From positions 100,254,001-100,318,000 of the forward strand of contig JAGIQG010000009.1 of NCBI GenBank assembly GCA_024679065.1: a DNA stretch of 64,000 nt, in the 5' to 3' direction. Positions 62,990-64,000 of this stretch are shown here, piece by piece. This stretch comes from Sphyrna mokarran (taxonomy: Eukaryota). The position numbers and the translations under genes were made by a program. Below the pieces are notes generated by a model, which saw nothing but the letters and a program-made list of their open reading frames with translations, had not been told where the DNA came from and made no database searches. Position 1 is the first letter of the stretch; each line of letters begins with the position of its first letter.

Positions 62990-64000
62990 TATGCCACTCG
63001 TGACACTATAGAGGAGAATTGCCTGTCAGTGGAAAACAAAAACAACTTTTGTTTTGCAGCATGGTTAGCTTGTTTGCACAAGCGGGAAATTAAAAGTGTT
63101 CTGACATAGTAGTTGTAGGGAATCAAGTTTCAGGTGAACATATAGAACATAGAACGTTACAGCGCAGAACACGCCCTTCGGCCTTCGATGTTGCGCCGAC
63201 CAATTAGGAAAAAGCAACGACCCTCTAACCTAAACCATTCCCTTTTCATCCATAAACTTATCTACTAACCTCTTAAACGCCACCAAACTTGGCGCATCTA
63301 CAACTGACGCAGGCAGGGCATTCCATACCCTTACCACCCTCTGAGTAAAAAACCTACCTCTCACATCCGTCCTATAACCACCACCCCTTAATTTAAAGCT
63401 ATGTCCCCTCGTGCTAGCTTTCTCCATCCTAGGGAAAAGGCTATCACTGTCCACCCTATCTAAACATCTAATCATCTTATATGTTTCAATAAGGTCTCCT
63501 CTTAGCCGCCTTTTTTCTAACGAAAACAACCTCAAATCCCTCAGCATCTCCTCATAAGACCTGCCCTCCGTACCAGGCAACATCCTGGTAAACCTCGTCT
63601 GTACCCTATGGAACTTCTGTGGCCACACAAAAAAAAGGTGAACTAGGCATGTTGCCGACGGGTAATAATCCCTGCATTACCAGTACGAGTTGAAGTACAA
63701 ATGGGTCTTCATATTGGATTAATGTGAGATTAACAAGGTTGTGCGAGTGGGAAGATTTCAGATTTATTGGTCTTAGCGAGCTCTTTGGGATGTACTCGGA
63801 AACAATACAAACTTAAACCTTTACACGTGGGCAGAAGCTGAACTAATGTCACGGTCATTTTTTTTTTCCCGAAAGTATTGGGGAATTGCTAAACTCAAAT
63901 AGGACGCGTATGACAAACTATACGTTCAGCCAGAGGATGGAGAAATCAAAAACAAGAAACTAAATGGGTAAAAGAAGAAAAAAAAACGATAGGCTTTAAG
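62990..64000 (+). mobile_element. Ancient CR1 ORF1 (SGNH esterase) remnant, split by the young CR1
   Basis: IVVVG.S-like at 63106, NFCGH at 63612, then VII..L, C..E.FRF, FG...YKL..LH...TNV, matching the CR1 ORF1 esterase. Confidence 0.6.
63136..63607 (-). mobile_element. Young CR1 3' fragment, same subfamily as 49351-50660
   Basis: Uninterrupted ORF 63230..63628 (RVQTRFTRMLPG...VAFKRLVDKFMDEKGMV) and an (ATAGAAC)n tail at 63136. Confidence 0.97.

Noticed and set aside
654-63628. The ORF track as host protein-coding genes
   Set aside because: All ORFs are 225 aa or shorter. The recognisable ones are CR1 or Rex1 fragments or their antisense frames, and the rest look like random translation.

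Overview
Eukaryotic, AT-rich, apparently gene-free (intergenic or intronic) DNA from a cartilaginous fish, most likely a galeomorph shark. This is inferred from the repeat families. I found no host protein-coding gene, rRNA, tRNA gene or CRISPR array. Every interpretable ORF in the track is a fragment of a dead retrotransposon. The window holds many CR1 LINE copies of very different ages, a Rex1/Babar LINE split by a 2.9 kb nested insertion, several Penelope-like element (PLE) remnants, tRNA-headed SINEs, a probable RTE fragment, a Harbinger-like MITE and a possible solo LTR. Repeat-free blocks between them resemble conserved non-coding enhancers. The most notable observations are: (1) a minimal hammerhead ribozyme with an intact core in a PLE terminal repeat, showing a compensatory base-pair change against a second copy; (2) a near-perfect 63 bp inverted duplication flanking an inverted segment of an old PLE; (3) host DNA that appears not to be CpG-depleted while the better-preserved CR1 copies are, suggesting a long-lived unmethylated domain. 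I see no convincing evidence for a wholly new biological system. Family assignments are by-eye recognition, old-repeat boundaries are approximate, and all counts are by hand.
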